Shown in pieces: positions 46,077 to 56,600 of a stretch of 64,000 bases of DNA. Below the pieces are notes generated by a model, which had not been told where the DNA came from, did not search any database, and saw only the letters and a list, made by a program, of their open reading frames with translations. Positions within the stretch are counted from its first letter, which is position 1; each line of letters opens with the position of its first letter. Source of the stretch: a virus (taxonomy: Duplodnaviria > Caudoviricetes); IMG/VR virus record IMGVR_UViG_3300037851_000284, positions 64,001 through 128,000 of that record. One strand, given 5' to 3'. Both the position numbers and the translations under genes were made by a program.

Positions 46077-46991
46077 ATGAACGCTATAATTACAGGGTTT
46101 ACAGGATATCTAGGAAAACATTTAACAAAATTCTTAAAGAACTTAGGATGGAATCTTACTGGAATATGTTCTCAGTATCCAAGCTTGTTTTGTCCTGCTA
46201 GTGAGATAAACGATTGTATTAAAGAAGATACTCCTGATGGGTCTGTTGATTATATATTTCACCTTGCAGCGGTAGCTAAAGCTGGAAATTGGCATGAGTA
46301 TCATAAAGGAGACGTTTGGACACAAAACCAAAAGATTAATACCAATATTCTAGATTACTGGCTTAAATATCAACCTCAAGCCAAACTAATAGCTATGGGT
46401 ACTTCGTGTAGTTACGACTCTTCTTTGTCACTAACAGAAGATAACTATCTTAATGGAAAACCAGAAGACAGTTTAGCTTCCTATGCTTATACAAAACGCA
46501 TGCTTCTAGTTGGATTACAATCAATTTCTTCCCAATATGGATTAAAATATAATTATCTAATACCTTCAACTATTTATGGACCTAACTTTGTTAAAAACGA
46601 CAGTCATTTTATATTTGATTTAATTAAAAAGATATATGCTGGGTCTAAAGGAGATACAGTAGAGCTATGGGGAAACGGGGAACAAAAAAGAGAGCTAATT
46701 TATATAGATGATGTTGTTAAAACTATATATAATACTTTAAATCTAGACAATGAAATACTAAATATAGGTTATGGTAAAGAATATAGTATAAAATCTTATG
46801 CTAAATTTATATGTAATTATTTAAAATATGATTTTAATAATATTCACTTTAATGAAAAGAAGTTTGTTGGTGTGAAATCAAAATTATTAGATATTACACG
46901 CATACAATACTTTGTTCCAGATTACATATCGTCGCTAATTGGACTATCTGACGGATTACAAAAAACTATAGACTATTATAGGAGTACATAA
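46077..46991 (+). CDS. GDP-L-fucose synthase-like epimerase/reductase
   Basis: ITGFTGYLG; HLAA; GTSCSY; YAYTKR; PSTIYGP; WGNG...RELIYIDD. Confidence 0.85.
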   Translation: MNAIITGFTGYLGKHLTKFLKNLGWNLTGICSQYPSLFCPASEINDCIKEDTPDGSVDYIFHLAAVAKAGNWHEYHKGDVWTQNQKINTNILDYWLKYQPQAKLIAMGTSCSYDSSLSLTEDNYLNGKPEDSLASYAYTKRMLLVGLQSISSQYGLKYNYLIPSTIYGPNFVKNDSHFIFDLIKKIYAGSKGDTVELWGNGEQKRELIYIDDVVKTIYNTLNLDNEILNIGYGKEYSIKSYAKFICNYLKYDFNNIHFNEKKFVGVKSKLLDITRIQYFVPDYISSLIGLSDGLQKTIDYYRST

Positions 46992-47515
46992 TGAAAACAG
47001 AAGTGGTTGGAAAAATTAATTTTGAAAGAACGGATAACACTAGGGATTTAACTGAACTAGCTGAACTAATAGAAAAAGAGGTTGGAGAAAGAAAAGCAAC
47101 AATATCACCAGAGCGCAGATATCTACCAACATTAGCAGAACTTATAGATAGATTAAGCATATTACAACTAAAAGAAGTATTCATACCAGAACATAAAGAA
47201 GAATATGCTAAAGAAATTAAAGATATTATGCACGATATAGACATAATATTAAATGAAGGACAGATAATTTTAGATGCTAAAACGATCAGAGCAATTATAG
47301 TATTAAGCCAGATGAATTTACATATTTGGTTTAATGAAAGTGAAGCCAGAAAAGGAAATAAAGAAGGAAATAAACTAGAACTAACCCACGGTTTGAACGG
47401 GATTAGAAACACATCTAAAAATATAATACAAGATATTTTAACTGGAGAAAATAGAAAAGATTATAAAATAGATTGTCTAGCTGCCGAATTTAAAACATGG
47501 GAGATTAGTTGGTAA
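46991..47515 (+). CDS. helical hypothetical protein (DUF4254/DUF6165-like motif)
   Basis: TLAELIDRLSILQLK motif; N..IW..E; AGGAG SD. Confidence 0.55.
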   Translation: MKTEVVGKINFERTDNTRDLTELAELIEKEVGERKATISPERRYLPTLAELIDRLSILQLKEVFIPEHKEEYAKEIKDIMHDIDIILNEGQIILDAKTIRAIIVLSQMNLHIWFNESEARKGNKEGNKLELTHGLNGIRNTSKNIIQDILTGENRKDYKIDCLAAEFKTWEISW

Positions 47516-48084
47516 TGCGAAAAAATTATGCTGGACAAATAATAAATGGAGTAGAACCATTAGAATTCATAGAAATAAGTAACCACTCCAGTAAATGGAA
47601 ATGTAAATGTGTATGTGGAAATATTTTTAATGCTTGGATAAATGGACTTCAAAAAGGAATTAAATGTGGATGTAAAAGTGGATGTAAAAAACGCTTAACT
47701 GGAAAGAAATCTCCTTCTTGGAAAGGAATAGGAGATTTACCAGCAAGTTTTATAGCAAATATAAAATCACAAGCGAAATTTAGAAATATAGAATGGAATT
47801 TGGATATAGAATATTTATGGAAATTATTTTTAGAACAGAATAAAAAATGTAAATATTCTGGATTAGAATTAAATTTCACAGAAAAATATTCAGAAGCGAT
47901 CCATAATAAAGGAACAGCCTCATTAGATAGAATAGATTCCGATAAAGGATACATTATTGGAAATGTTCAATGGATTCATAAAGATATAAACTTTATGAAA
48001 CAAGAATATAGTCACAAAAGATTTATAAATTATTGCGATTTAATATCAAATTATAGCGGCTCTAATAGGAAAGATGATGTGTAG
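47509..48084 (+). mobile_element. free-standing HNH-type homing endonuclease gene
   Basis: WKCKCVCGN...CGC N-terminal domain; KCKYSG; SLDRIDSDKGY..GNVQWIHKDINFMK. Confidence 0.85.
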
Positions 48085-48101
48085 GAAACTATTCTAATTA
48101 T

Positions 48102-49097
48102 ATGTTACTAATAGCTCTAGGAACACGCCCTGAGTGGATTAAGATACAACCACTAATTCCCCTTCTAAAAAAAGAAGGAATACCATATAAATTGCTACAT
48201 ATTGAACAACATCAAGATCTTGTGAATATTTCGGAAGAACATGATACTCTGCCATTATATGACATATCGTCTGACCGTCTTACTAACATTCATTTAAACG
48301 TGCTAGAACAGGCTGAGAACTGGCTTAAAGGAGTAAAGGCAGTCTTGGTACAGGGAGATACTAGCAGCGCTTATAGCATGGCATTGGCCGCCTTTATAAG
48401 AAAGGTACCAATAGTACATCTAGAAGCTGGTTTAAGGACATATAACATGGAAAATCCTTATCCGGAAGAATATAATAGAAGAGCTATCAGTTTAATGGCT
48501 AAGGTACACTTATGTCCAACTAACCAAAATGCTCAAAATCTTGTAAAAGAGGGAGTAAGGGCATCAAAATATGTAGTAGGAAATACAGTTCTAGACACTA
48601 TAGATTCTACTCCTTTAAATGAATCAAATTTAGTTCTGGTAACTATGCATCGTAGAGAAAATTGGCCAATTATTAATGATTGGTTTACGGCCATTAAAAA
48701 ATTAGCTAAACAGACTAGTTCATTAACCTATTTAATAGTAATGCATCCGGCAATAAAATATCCATCTGATTTTAGTAGTTCTAATATATCACTCATAACT
48801 CCACTTAGCAGAGAAGATACTATTAATTATATAAAAAAGAGCAAAATGATTATTACAGATAGCGGAGGTATACAAGAGGAGGCTTGTTATCTACATAAAA
48901 AGGTTATTATTTGTAGAAAAGTAACCGAAAGACCAGAGAGTATATGGCTTAATGCTACATTATGTAAAACTCCAGATTATTTATGTAGAGCCTTTTGGAA
49001 AATGTTAAATAAAAGACTAACTGATTACCAGTGTCCTTATGGTGATGGGCACGCAAGAGAAAAAATAATAGAAATACTTAAAAAGGAGATAGTATGA
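48102..49097 (+). CDS. wecB: UDP-N-acetylglucosamine 2-epimerase (non-hydrolysing)
   Basis: GTRPEWIK; VQGDTSS; HLEAGLRT; PEEYNR; GNTVLD; TMHRREN; TDSGGIQEEA; ERPE; PYGDG. Confidence 0.93.
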   Translation: MLLIALGTRPEWIKIQPLIPLLKKEGIPYKLLHIEQHQDLVNISEEHDTLPLYDISSDRLTNIHLNVLEQAENWLKGVKAVLVQGDTSSAYSMALAAFIRKVPIVHLEAGLRTYNMENPYPEEYNRRAISLMAKVHLCPTNQNAQNLVKEGVRASKYVVGNTVLDTIDSTPLNESNLVLVTMHRRENWPIINDWFTAIKKLAKQTSSLTYLIVMHPAIKYPSDFSSSNISLITPLSREDTINYIKKSKMIITDSGGIQEEACYLHKKVIICRKVTERPESIWLNATLCKTPDYLCRAFWKMLNKRLTDYQCPYGDGHAREKIIEILKKEIV

Positions 49098-49366
49098 ATT
49101 TTAAATTAAGACACGATAGACTATTACTTACACCCATAGAAAAGACCAAAACTGAAGGAGGAATATTACTTCCTGATAATAACAATGACCCATGGATGTA
49201 TGGACTAGTTGAAGCGGTTGGGCCTAAAATAGAAGACATTAATATAGGAGATGTAGTATGCTTCTATAAGTGTGATGCTAATCGTATAGAAGTAGAAGGA
49301 AGAAGTTATATTCATTTGAGAGATGGACACATAGTTGGAATACAACTATCACCAAAGGAAGAATAA
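49094..49366 (+). CDS. groES: GroES/Cpn10 co-chaperonin
   Basis: L.HDRLLL...KTEGGILLPD; G.VEAVGP; GDVV; I.GI. Confidence 0.9.
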   Translation: MNFKLRHDRLLLTPIEKTKTEGGILLPDNNNDPWMYGLVEAVGPKIEDINIGDVVCFYKCDANRIEVEGRSYIHLRDGHIVGIQLSPKEE

Positions 49367-50523
49367 TGATTAATATATATTCACCAATTAATATATTGGG
49401 TTACGGGATTCATTCCTGTAATATGATTAAAGCTCTTATTGAAAATGGACAGGAAATTAACCTAACTCCAATAGGAGATATACAACTAGACCATTTCTTT
49501 GAAATGTATATAAAGGATGCAGAAAAGAATAAAGATAGATATTCTGCTAAAGAACCATCATTATTTTTATTTCATGATGAATTTAGCAATCAAGCTGCTG
49601 GAAATCCGTTATTTACGTTCTCTATATTTGAAACTTCTCAAATAAAAACCCGTTCGTTTAATATGTTAGAAAACGGACCAACGGATGTTATATTAACGAC
49701 TACGTCAGGACATCTAGAATATCTGGTTAATCAAAAAATAACAAAACCCATTGAAGTAGTAAATGAAGGAGTAGACGAAACTCTTTATAATACGATACCA
49801 ATAGATAAATATCTAGACACTAAAAAGTTTACCTATATCACTATGGGTAAAAAAGAGGAAAGAAAGAACACAGACCTATTATTAAGATTATTCATTTTTA
49901 ATATGAAGGAAAAAGATGTAGCATTAATATGTCATACGTTTAATCCGTTCATAAATAAAACTAAAGACCACCCATTTAAAAACCTAGCTTGTTGGTCGGG
50001 AGTTAATCCGCTTAAACACGGGTTTGAATATAAAGGATTTAATGGTAAGGCGCATTTATTTATATATAAAAATTGTGAAATTTATTTTACAGTACCTACT
50101 ATTCATATATCAAACATGCCTTCTTTATTACATTCAGCCAATGTAGGTATACAAGTATCTAGAGGTGAAGGATGGGACCTTCCAGCAACAGAACTGATGG
50201 CCTGCGGTATTCCAATAATAGCAACAAACTGTCTAGGTCATAAAGAGTATATAAATGACAACTGTCCGGATATTCAGAAGGAATTAATAATTAAGAAAGA
50301 AACCTCTACTATAGCTCATGATGGTATGTGGTTTAATGGCGACCAAGGAATTTGGGATAATCTTAATACATTAAAATTAGAAGAATTACTAACATATACC
50401 TTTGATAATCAATCAAAATATGCTAACAAAAGCGATGAATTGGCTGATTATATGTCAAAAAAGTATTCTTGGAATAACGCCGCTCAAAAATTAATAGAAG
50501 TAATAAAGAAATATAGAGGCTAA
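49366..50523 (+). CDS. GT-B (GT4-like) glycosyltransferase
   Basis: PINILGYGIH; NEGVD; GKKEERKNTD; SRGEGWDLPATELMACGIPIIATN. Confidence 0.85.
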   Translation: MINIYSPINILGYGIHSCNMIKALIENGQEINLTPIGDIQLDHFFEMYIKDAEKNKDRYSAKEPSLFLFHDEFSNQAAGNPLFTFSIFETSQIKTRSFNMLENGPTDVILTTTSGHLEYLVNQKITKPIEVVNEGVDETLYNTIPIDKYLDTKKFTYITMGKKEERKNTDLLLRLFIFNMKEKDVALICHTFNPFINKTKDHPFKNLACWSGVNPLKHGFEYKGFNGKAHLFIYKNCEIYFTVPTIHISNMPSLLHSANVGIQVSRGEGWDLPATELMACGIPIIATNCLGHKEYINDNCPDIQKELIIKKETSTIAHDGMWFNGDQGIWDNLNTLKLEELLTYTFDNQSKYANKSDELADYMSKKYSWNNAAQKLIEVIKKYRG

Positions 50524-50524
50524 T

Positions 50525-50827
50525 ATGCTAGATAAAAAAGTTATAGATTCTATTTATAATAAAAGAATAGAAATCCATTATAATGAATGGGTATTTAAGG
50601 CCAACGGAGAGACAATAAAAATAGATTTAAAAGGAAAGATTAAATGTCCAGTATTTAACTCAGGTATTTCTTCGTTAACCTGCTCTAAATTAATGGATAG
50701 AGAAGATTGGCCAAGAGGAATTGATCCTTTAATATGCAAGAAATGTGATTGTTTTATAGCTCTGTCTATTAAAAAATACCAAGAGATAAAAAAAGAAAAG
50801 AAAGTAGAGCCTACAGATGGAACTTAA
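50525..50827 (+). CDS. hypothetical protein (100 aa, Cys-containing)
   Basis: Operon ORF; CP...C...CKKC. Confidence 0.6.
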   Translation: MLDKKVIDSIYNKRIEIHYNEWVFKANGETIKIDLKGKIKCPVFNSGISSLTCSKLMDREDWPRGIDPLICKKCDCFIALSIKKYQEIKKEKKVEPTDGT

Positions 50828-51401
50828 CGAAGACGAAAATTCAGGACTTATAACGGTAGTTAATAGTCATCCCTATAAGAAAATATTGTATATTATAGGG
50901 GAAGTTAATGAGTCTGTTGCGAGCAATATTATTAAAGAACTATTGGAAGTAGACTGGGATGCGGGACAGACTAAAGAAATACATTTATACATAACCTCAC
51001 AAGGAGGATATCTAGCAGACTGTTTTGCTATTACAGACCTGTTACTACATATAAAAGAAAAAAATAATATTAGAATTTATACTTATGGTTTGGGAGAAAT
51101 TGCTAGTGCTGGGTTCTTTATATTTATAGCAGGTGATGAAAGAATGTTATTTCCTAGTTGTCGGGTATTCGTTCATACACATATTACAACAGGTGACGAT
51201 CGAACCTATGAGGAAAGAGTAAAAGCAGATAAAACGGAAGAAAAAGAAGTATATAATAATTATGTAAGATACACAGCTAGCCAATTAGGATTATCTATCG
51301 CGGTGGCAAAAAAGTTATTAAAGAAAAGTAAGTGGTTATCAACAAAAGAAATAAGAAGGTATAACATTATAAAAGGAAATAGTAATGAAACAAGCGGATA
51401 G
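50817..51401 (+). CDS. ClpP-like (S14) serine protease
   Basis: LYIIGEV; LYITSQGG; GEIASAG (catalytic Ser); FVHT; WLSTKE. Confidence 0.85.
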   Translation: MELNEDENSGLITVVNSHPYKKILYIIGEVNESVASNIIKELLEVDWDAGQTKEIHLYITSQGGYLADCFAITDLLLHIKEKNNIRIYTYGLGEIASAGFFIFIAGDERMLFPSCRVFVHTHITTGDDRTYEERVKADKTEEKEVYNNYVRYTASQLGLSIAVAKKLLKKSKWLSTKEIRRYNIIKGNSNETSG

Positions 51402-51621
51402 TATATTAGATAATCTTATTTCTACAGAAGAAGATAATGAACTAATTTTTAGTGATAAAATAGTTCTACCTAGACGTTGTGTGATGTGTAAACAATCTGT
51501 TATTTGTTCTGTAGTTCCAACATTTATAAATTTATCTAAAATAAAAATATATGTGTCTATAGAACAGTGTCCTTTTCATACCCCTATACCAACAAATGAT
51601 GTCGGAAAAGCTAAAAAATAA
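51385..51621 (+). CDS. hypothetical protein (78 aa, Cys-containing)
   Basis: CVMC...C...CP; operon overlap. Confidence 0.55.
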   Translation: MKQADSILDNLISTEEDNELIFSDKIVLPRRCVMCKQSVICSVVPTFINLSKIKIYVSIEQCPFHTPIPTNDVGKAKK

Positions 51622-51853
51622 ATTATTATTATTAACCGAGGAAAAAAGTAAGAAATTTAAAGCTCCAGCAGAGTTCTTTATAAGTCTAAAGAATTCGTCT
51701 TTTACTAGGCTGGAATTAATGATAATAGATTCAGCATTGAAGAAAATGCCGCTTGATAACCTACATAAAACTCTTCTTTTACCTGAACAAAGGTTCTATG
51801 TTTTAATTGAAGATATAATTAAAAAGTTAGAAACTAACTATTTTGACGCATAA
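51596..51853 (+). CDS. hypothetical protein (85 aa), last gene of the plus-strand run
   Basis: Operon ORF; 3' end overlaps the convergent gene. Confidence 0.55.
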   Translation: MMSEKLKNKLLLLTEEKSKKFKAPAEFFISLKNSSFTRLELMIIDSALKKMPLDNLHKTLLLPEQRFYVLIEDIIKKLETNYFDA

Positions 51854-52206
51854 GCCACTAGGCTTTTATATAGCTTATCAAATTTTGACATCATTGCTTT
51901 TAATGAGTTAAAATTAGATTGGAAATCAGATACCTCAGAGCCTTCTAGATAGAATCTGGTTTCTTCAGGAAGTATAACCTTAGCAAGTTTCTGTTCCATT
52001 TCTGATATAGTAATAGAATTAGTACGAATTAATTCTTTTAATTCATCATAAGACCTTGTAAGGTCTGCTGTAGTAATTTTACTACCCAAGTCAGTATTTA
52101 ATCTTTCTAGTTGAGTAGTCAATCCTTCAATTTTAACATCAATATTATTCAGTCTTGCTTCTATTTGTGTGGTTGTTAACATTTTAACTCCGTTATAATG
52201 TACCAT
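51838..52206 (-). CDS. coiled-coil hypothetical protein (probable virion-associated)
   Basis: Heptad-like IEARLNNIDVKIEGLTTQLERL; last gene of the minus-strand operon. Confidence 0.6.
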   Translation of the reverse strand: MVHYNGVKMLTTTQIEARLNNIDVKIEGLTTQLERLNTDLGSKITTADLTRSYDELKELIRTNSITISEMEQKLAKVILPEETRFYLEGSEVSDFQSNFNSLKAMMSKFDKLYKSLVAYASK

Positions 52207-53365
52207 ACGTGAAATTCAATTTAGCACCTCTAAATACAGGTGTTGTTTTACATACTTCGTTCATTGCTACTTTTAAATATAGACACCTTTTTCCATCTTC
52301 AGAACCCATATTAATAGTAGTCGAAGGAATAGTTTGTCTACCTTTTTTTCGTGCTAGACCTATTTTTTCAGTACTGCTTACTGTTGGAACCAAGGATATT
52401 TCTGATATAAATTGGTCATAATTATTATCTAATACGCCATCTACATAAAAATCTAAATCAATCATTACTGGAGTAATAGAGGTAATTGCGTTTCCGGCAA
52501 CATCGTAATTAGGTAAATTTTCAAACTTGAAGTATATTATATTAGTATTATTAATATAATCTATATTGCATATATCTACAGAACTAAACCCCATTGAATT
52601 TATGCCTTCCATTACATAATAAGTAATCTTAATTGAATTATTAAAATCTTTAGGAGCAAGGTGAAAAACTAATGGCCCAGTTGAATTATAAAAGGAATTT
52701 TCACTTACTGGATAAATAACCTTAAGCTTATTTTGTAAATCATAATACTCAATCTTAATAATTTCTATACCAAATATAGGAAAAGGAACGATTTCTATAT
52801 AGTTGAACCCCTTATTTATAGATGGAGGTAATAGTAATTCTAACGTATGTTGACCAGCAGTAGCACTTTCCACCCAAAAAGTAGTATTATCGCCATCAAT
52901 TATATTATATACAGCGTCGCTAGATGGTCTGAGTATTCCGTCAACTGATATTTGTATATTTGGAGAAACAACGCCGTTATAGATAGCTATTTTAGATAAT
53001 TTTTTATTATCATTCCAGTCTAACGTGGCGATTCCGGCCATTTTATTTTGTTTTTTTCCAACCATTCCCCCAAAAGCAGAAGCAAAAGCAACACCGACAT
53101 AAGAAGTAGTACTGTATATATCAGATGTGGTAGGATAATAATTATACATTTGACTAGACCTACTCATAGAGACATAAGATGATGTTAATGCTAGATTAAA
53201 TCTATCAAATGTTTCTTTGAGTTGTGTTCCTCTAATCAAAGACCTTAGAACAGATTCTTCTATAGAACGAATCATCTCATTAAGTTCCTTTGAACTAATA
53301 TTACTCCTATACTCTAATTCTTTTGTTATAGGATAAGCAAGTAATTGATCTGAATTTGTGCTCAT
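52193..53365 (-). CDS. probable virion structural protein (390 aa)
   Basis: Beta-rich; IIDGDNTTFW resembles a discoidin/F5-8-type motif; function inferred from context only. Confidence 0.5.
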   Translation of the reverse strand: MSTNSDQLLAYPITKELEYRSNISSKELNEMIRSIEESVLRSLIRGTQLKETFDRFNLALTSSYVSMSRSSQMYNYYPTTSDIYSTTSYVGVAFASAFGGMVGKKQNKMAGIATLDWNDNKKLSKIAIYNGVVSPNIQISVDGILRPSSDAVYNIIDGDNTTFWVESATAGQHTLELLLPPSINKGFNYIEIVPFPIFGIEIIKIEYYDLQNKLKVIYPVSENSFYNSTGPLVFHLAPKDFNNSIKITYYVMEGINSMGFSSVDICNIDYINNTNIIYFKFENLPNYDVAGNAITSITPVMIDLDFYVDGVLDNNYDQFISEISLVPTVSSTEKIGLARKKGRQTIPSTTINMGSEDGKRCLYLKVAMNEVCKTTPVFRGAKLNFTYGTL

Positions 53366-53367
53366 AT

Positions 53368-53625
53368 TTAATTCCTAATTTGACCAAAATGTTTTCGATA
53401 ATAGTAATCAAACTTTAGTGTATCTATTATTCTAGGAGAATCTCCAACTAATATACCACTAGTTGTGGTCGCTAAATATTCTCCTGAAGTTTGTAATCTA
53501 TCATAAAGTCCAGAACAATATGGTTTATCTGGAAGGCTTTGTCCTAATAAATACACTAGATTCTCGTAAGATAGTAATAGTTTATTATTTATTTGTTCTG
53601 AAGATAGTGGAAAATTGCTTCTCAT
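53368..53625 (-). CDS. hypothetical protein (85 aa)
   Basis: Operon ORF; N-terminal SSEQINNKL motif shared with neighbours. Confidence 0.55.
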   Translation of the reverse strand: MRSNFPLSSEQINNKLLLSYENLVYLLGQSLPDKPYCSGLYDRLQTSGEYLATTTSGILVGDSPRIIDTLKFDYYYRKHFGQIRN

Positions 53626-56600
53626 TTATTCCTCGTTTATTGTAAATCGTATAGAACGTATTTTTGGTACAAGGCTACCGGTATCATCACTTAACAATAC
53701 TATTTTGTATAAGAATCTATTATTAGTATCGTCTGAATGAATAGATGTTCTATAAGATATTGAATAATAAGAAGAAAGATTTTCTCCCGTATTAAAGAAT
53801 AAAAATCCTCTATTTATATCGTCTATTTCTACAGAATTAGACACTAAATAAATTCGTCTATCTGTTCCGTGTCCAGTTGCTAAGAGCCAAGATAACCAAT
53901 TAGAAGACCCAACCGTTCCGCTGGCTGTCGGAGCCCTAGGATCAATATCATTTGGATACAATGTTATCTTCTGTGTATTAACACTATCTACATTTATAGG
54001 ATAACCATAAGTACTATGATGCGGATAATAAGTTATTCCTGTATAATTTGGAAACTCATTTAACGTGGCTCCGCCATTCCAAGTAGTATCTCTAGTTACA
54101 TTGTCTTTTATATACAATATATTACCAGAGGAGCCAGTAGTATAATAGAATTGGTCAACAAATCTTTTATCATAATTGTGTTGTCTAACCCAATGACCTT
54201 TATTATCTAACTGTTTAGTGGAATCAGAGTAATATTTTTTATTAATTGAATCAAAATAGTATCCAGGAACAGTATCTTTTGAAGGAAACTTAACTACTAT
54301 AAATTTTTCTCCATTTTCCTCATATATAGCTGCTCTCTGATCTCCAGTAAAAGAATTATATAATAAAGTATCTAATCCGACTAGTTTAATAGGGTCTATC
54401 TTATAAACTAATTTAACATTAGGAGATATAGTAATAGAACTGCTCTGTTTATTTTTATAAGGACTCCAATTATCGGCACAATATCCATTATCGTCATTAC
54501 TAGCACAGAATAAAGTTATTTTAAAATGACTTTCCGTATTGGTGGATCCGAAGAATATCTTAAACATACCGCCATTATCTTCTAGGTAATCTGTTATTTG
54601 TCCCGTATCCAGATTTTCAATTGCGATTTTATTAATAAGATTTATATTTTTATCTACTACTTTAACATTAGGAATTATGATATAAGGATTATAAGCATTA
54701 GCAGCAATAATAGCATATCCTGTCCAAGTAGATAAATATTCGTTTTTAGTTCTATATAAATATGTGTAATCAAATGTTATACCAGAAGGTTTTAACAAGT
54801 ATTTAGTATCGCTTAAAGGTCCAAAATATATACCTGTTATTGTTACTCCGCTATATAATACTTGATATTCCTTGGAATCTAAAACCTCAGCAGTATTATG
54901 GATTTTAACCTCTGTAATAGAATCAATAATAAATTCTTCATTAGTATTAATAATACTAGAAGCTATTGGTATACAGTATTCTATCCAAGATGCGGGATTG
55001 GCAGGGTCAGAATCCTTTTCTTTAAAACCGACTTTATTAATAAATTTAGATTTGTATTTCCATTTAAAATGACAAGGATATAAATCTCCGTCATTTTCGA
55101 ACGGTCGCTCCTGATATGTATATAGTTTAACGGTAGAGTCTAGAAGCGTCTCTCTACGACCAAATTTATATATTTTATAGAAAGGAGTATTATTAAAATA
55201 GAAATCTGGAACAAAGTTATGATAACTATCTTTTAAAAATCCACTTTCAGAAAATAACCCATTAATACCTGTTGGAGTAACAGTTTCGCTAAATGGTCTC
55301 CACCAACCATTTACGTGTGCTGTGTAGTCATTAAATACTAATAATGAACCACTAAGAGTATAATTAAATGGATATCCTATTCCGCTACCAAATCCTAACC
55401 ATTGACCGGAATATCTATTATCTGCTGCGATTGAAGGATGAAGATTTCCGCTAGAGTCTTCTATATTAGCCCATGCTATACTTAAATCTGTTGCGATATC
55501 TATTCCTGATACCAGAATTCCGGCAGTAACCAGCGGACTCATAGTAGCCCACGCTGTATTAGAAGTGTTAACCCAACCACTTAATTGTAATATTCCAGTA
55601 TAACCAACATCTCCATACATTAAAGGATTAGTTACAATAAACAAAGAATTATCGAGTTTTTTATTTCTTATTGTATTATCAAAATCTATTTGTTTTGGAA
55701 CTTGTTCGAAATTTGTATTAATAAATTGTATGTTTTTCCAATTAAAATCTAATCCTTTATAATTTAGTACTCCAGTTATTGTATCAGTTGAATTAATTAT
55801 ATCTGATAAATAAACATATCCATTATAAGTACTATCAAATTTATAAGCTTCTGAAGAATCGTAATTAACAGGTAGGTTTCCAGAGTTAAGGAAAGCTCCG
55901 CTAATCTTTATATCCTGAGCAACATATACGTTTACGTCACAATTCGGAGGAACGTCAATATCACCAGAAACAGTTAAGTTATTTATAATAGAAGTTTCTG
56001 AAGAATAACTATTTACAGAAATAGGTTTAGAATATAATGTAGCAGACCTTCTAGATGTGCTTTGTGAAATAGCTATATTATTAATGACATAATAATAGGT
56101 ATTAGTATCGAATGAATCTGGACTTTCTTTAATAAATTCTATTTTAATATAAGCGGTTTTTGTATTTGGAAAGTTAAATATTACTTTATCGCTTTTGATT
56201 TCTTGTATACTTTGGGTATTAACGTCTTTCCATTCAAACTGATTTTTATAATATAATCTAATATACCCTTTAGCTATATCCGAATCCATATCTATAACTA
56301 CAGAATTTATTTCTACTTCTGATGCATCGGGAGCTAATTGAAGAGTAATTGATGCTTTTAATGGAGTAGGAGTAGAAGTAATTATCCTATATACTAATTG
56401 TCTTGGGTCATCTTGGTCTAACATAGCTGCTGGATCAGAAGACCCAACATAACCATATTCGTTTATTTGAGCAAAATTCTCTACAATGTTAAACTCTATT
56501 TTAGAACCACGATAATGTTCTAGAGACAATATATTTGAAATATCTTTATTTATAGTAAATAATCCAGCGTCATAATTTACTGGGTCACTTCTTTGAACAT

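Noticed and set aside
47663-47690. Short tandem repeat GTGGATGTAAAA x2
   Set aside because: Only two copies, encoding CGCKSGCK inside the HNH gene; no evidence of a regulatory role.
20572-50523. Ordinary bacterial O-antigen or capsule locus
   Set aside because: No Wzx/Wzy/Wzz/ABC transporter or initiating transferase was seen; it is interleaved with phage-type orphans, inteins and an HNH gene, and flanked by phage replication and structural modules.
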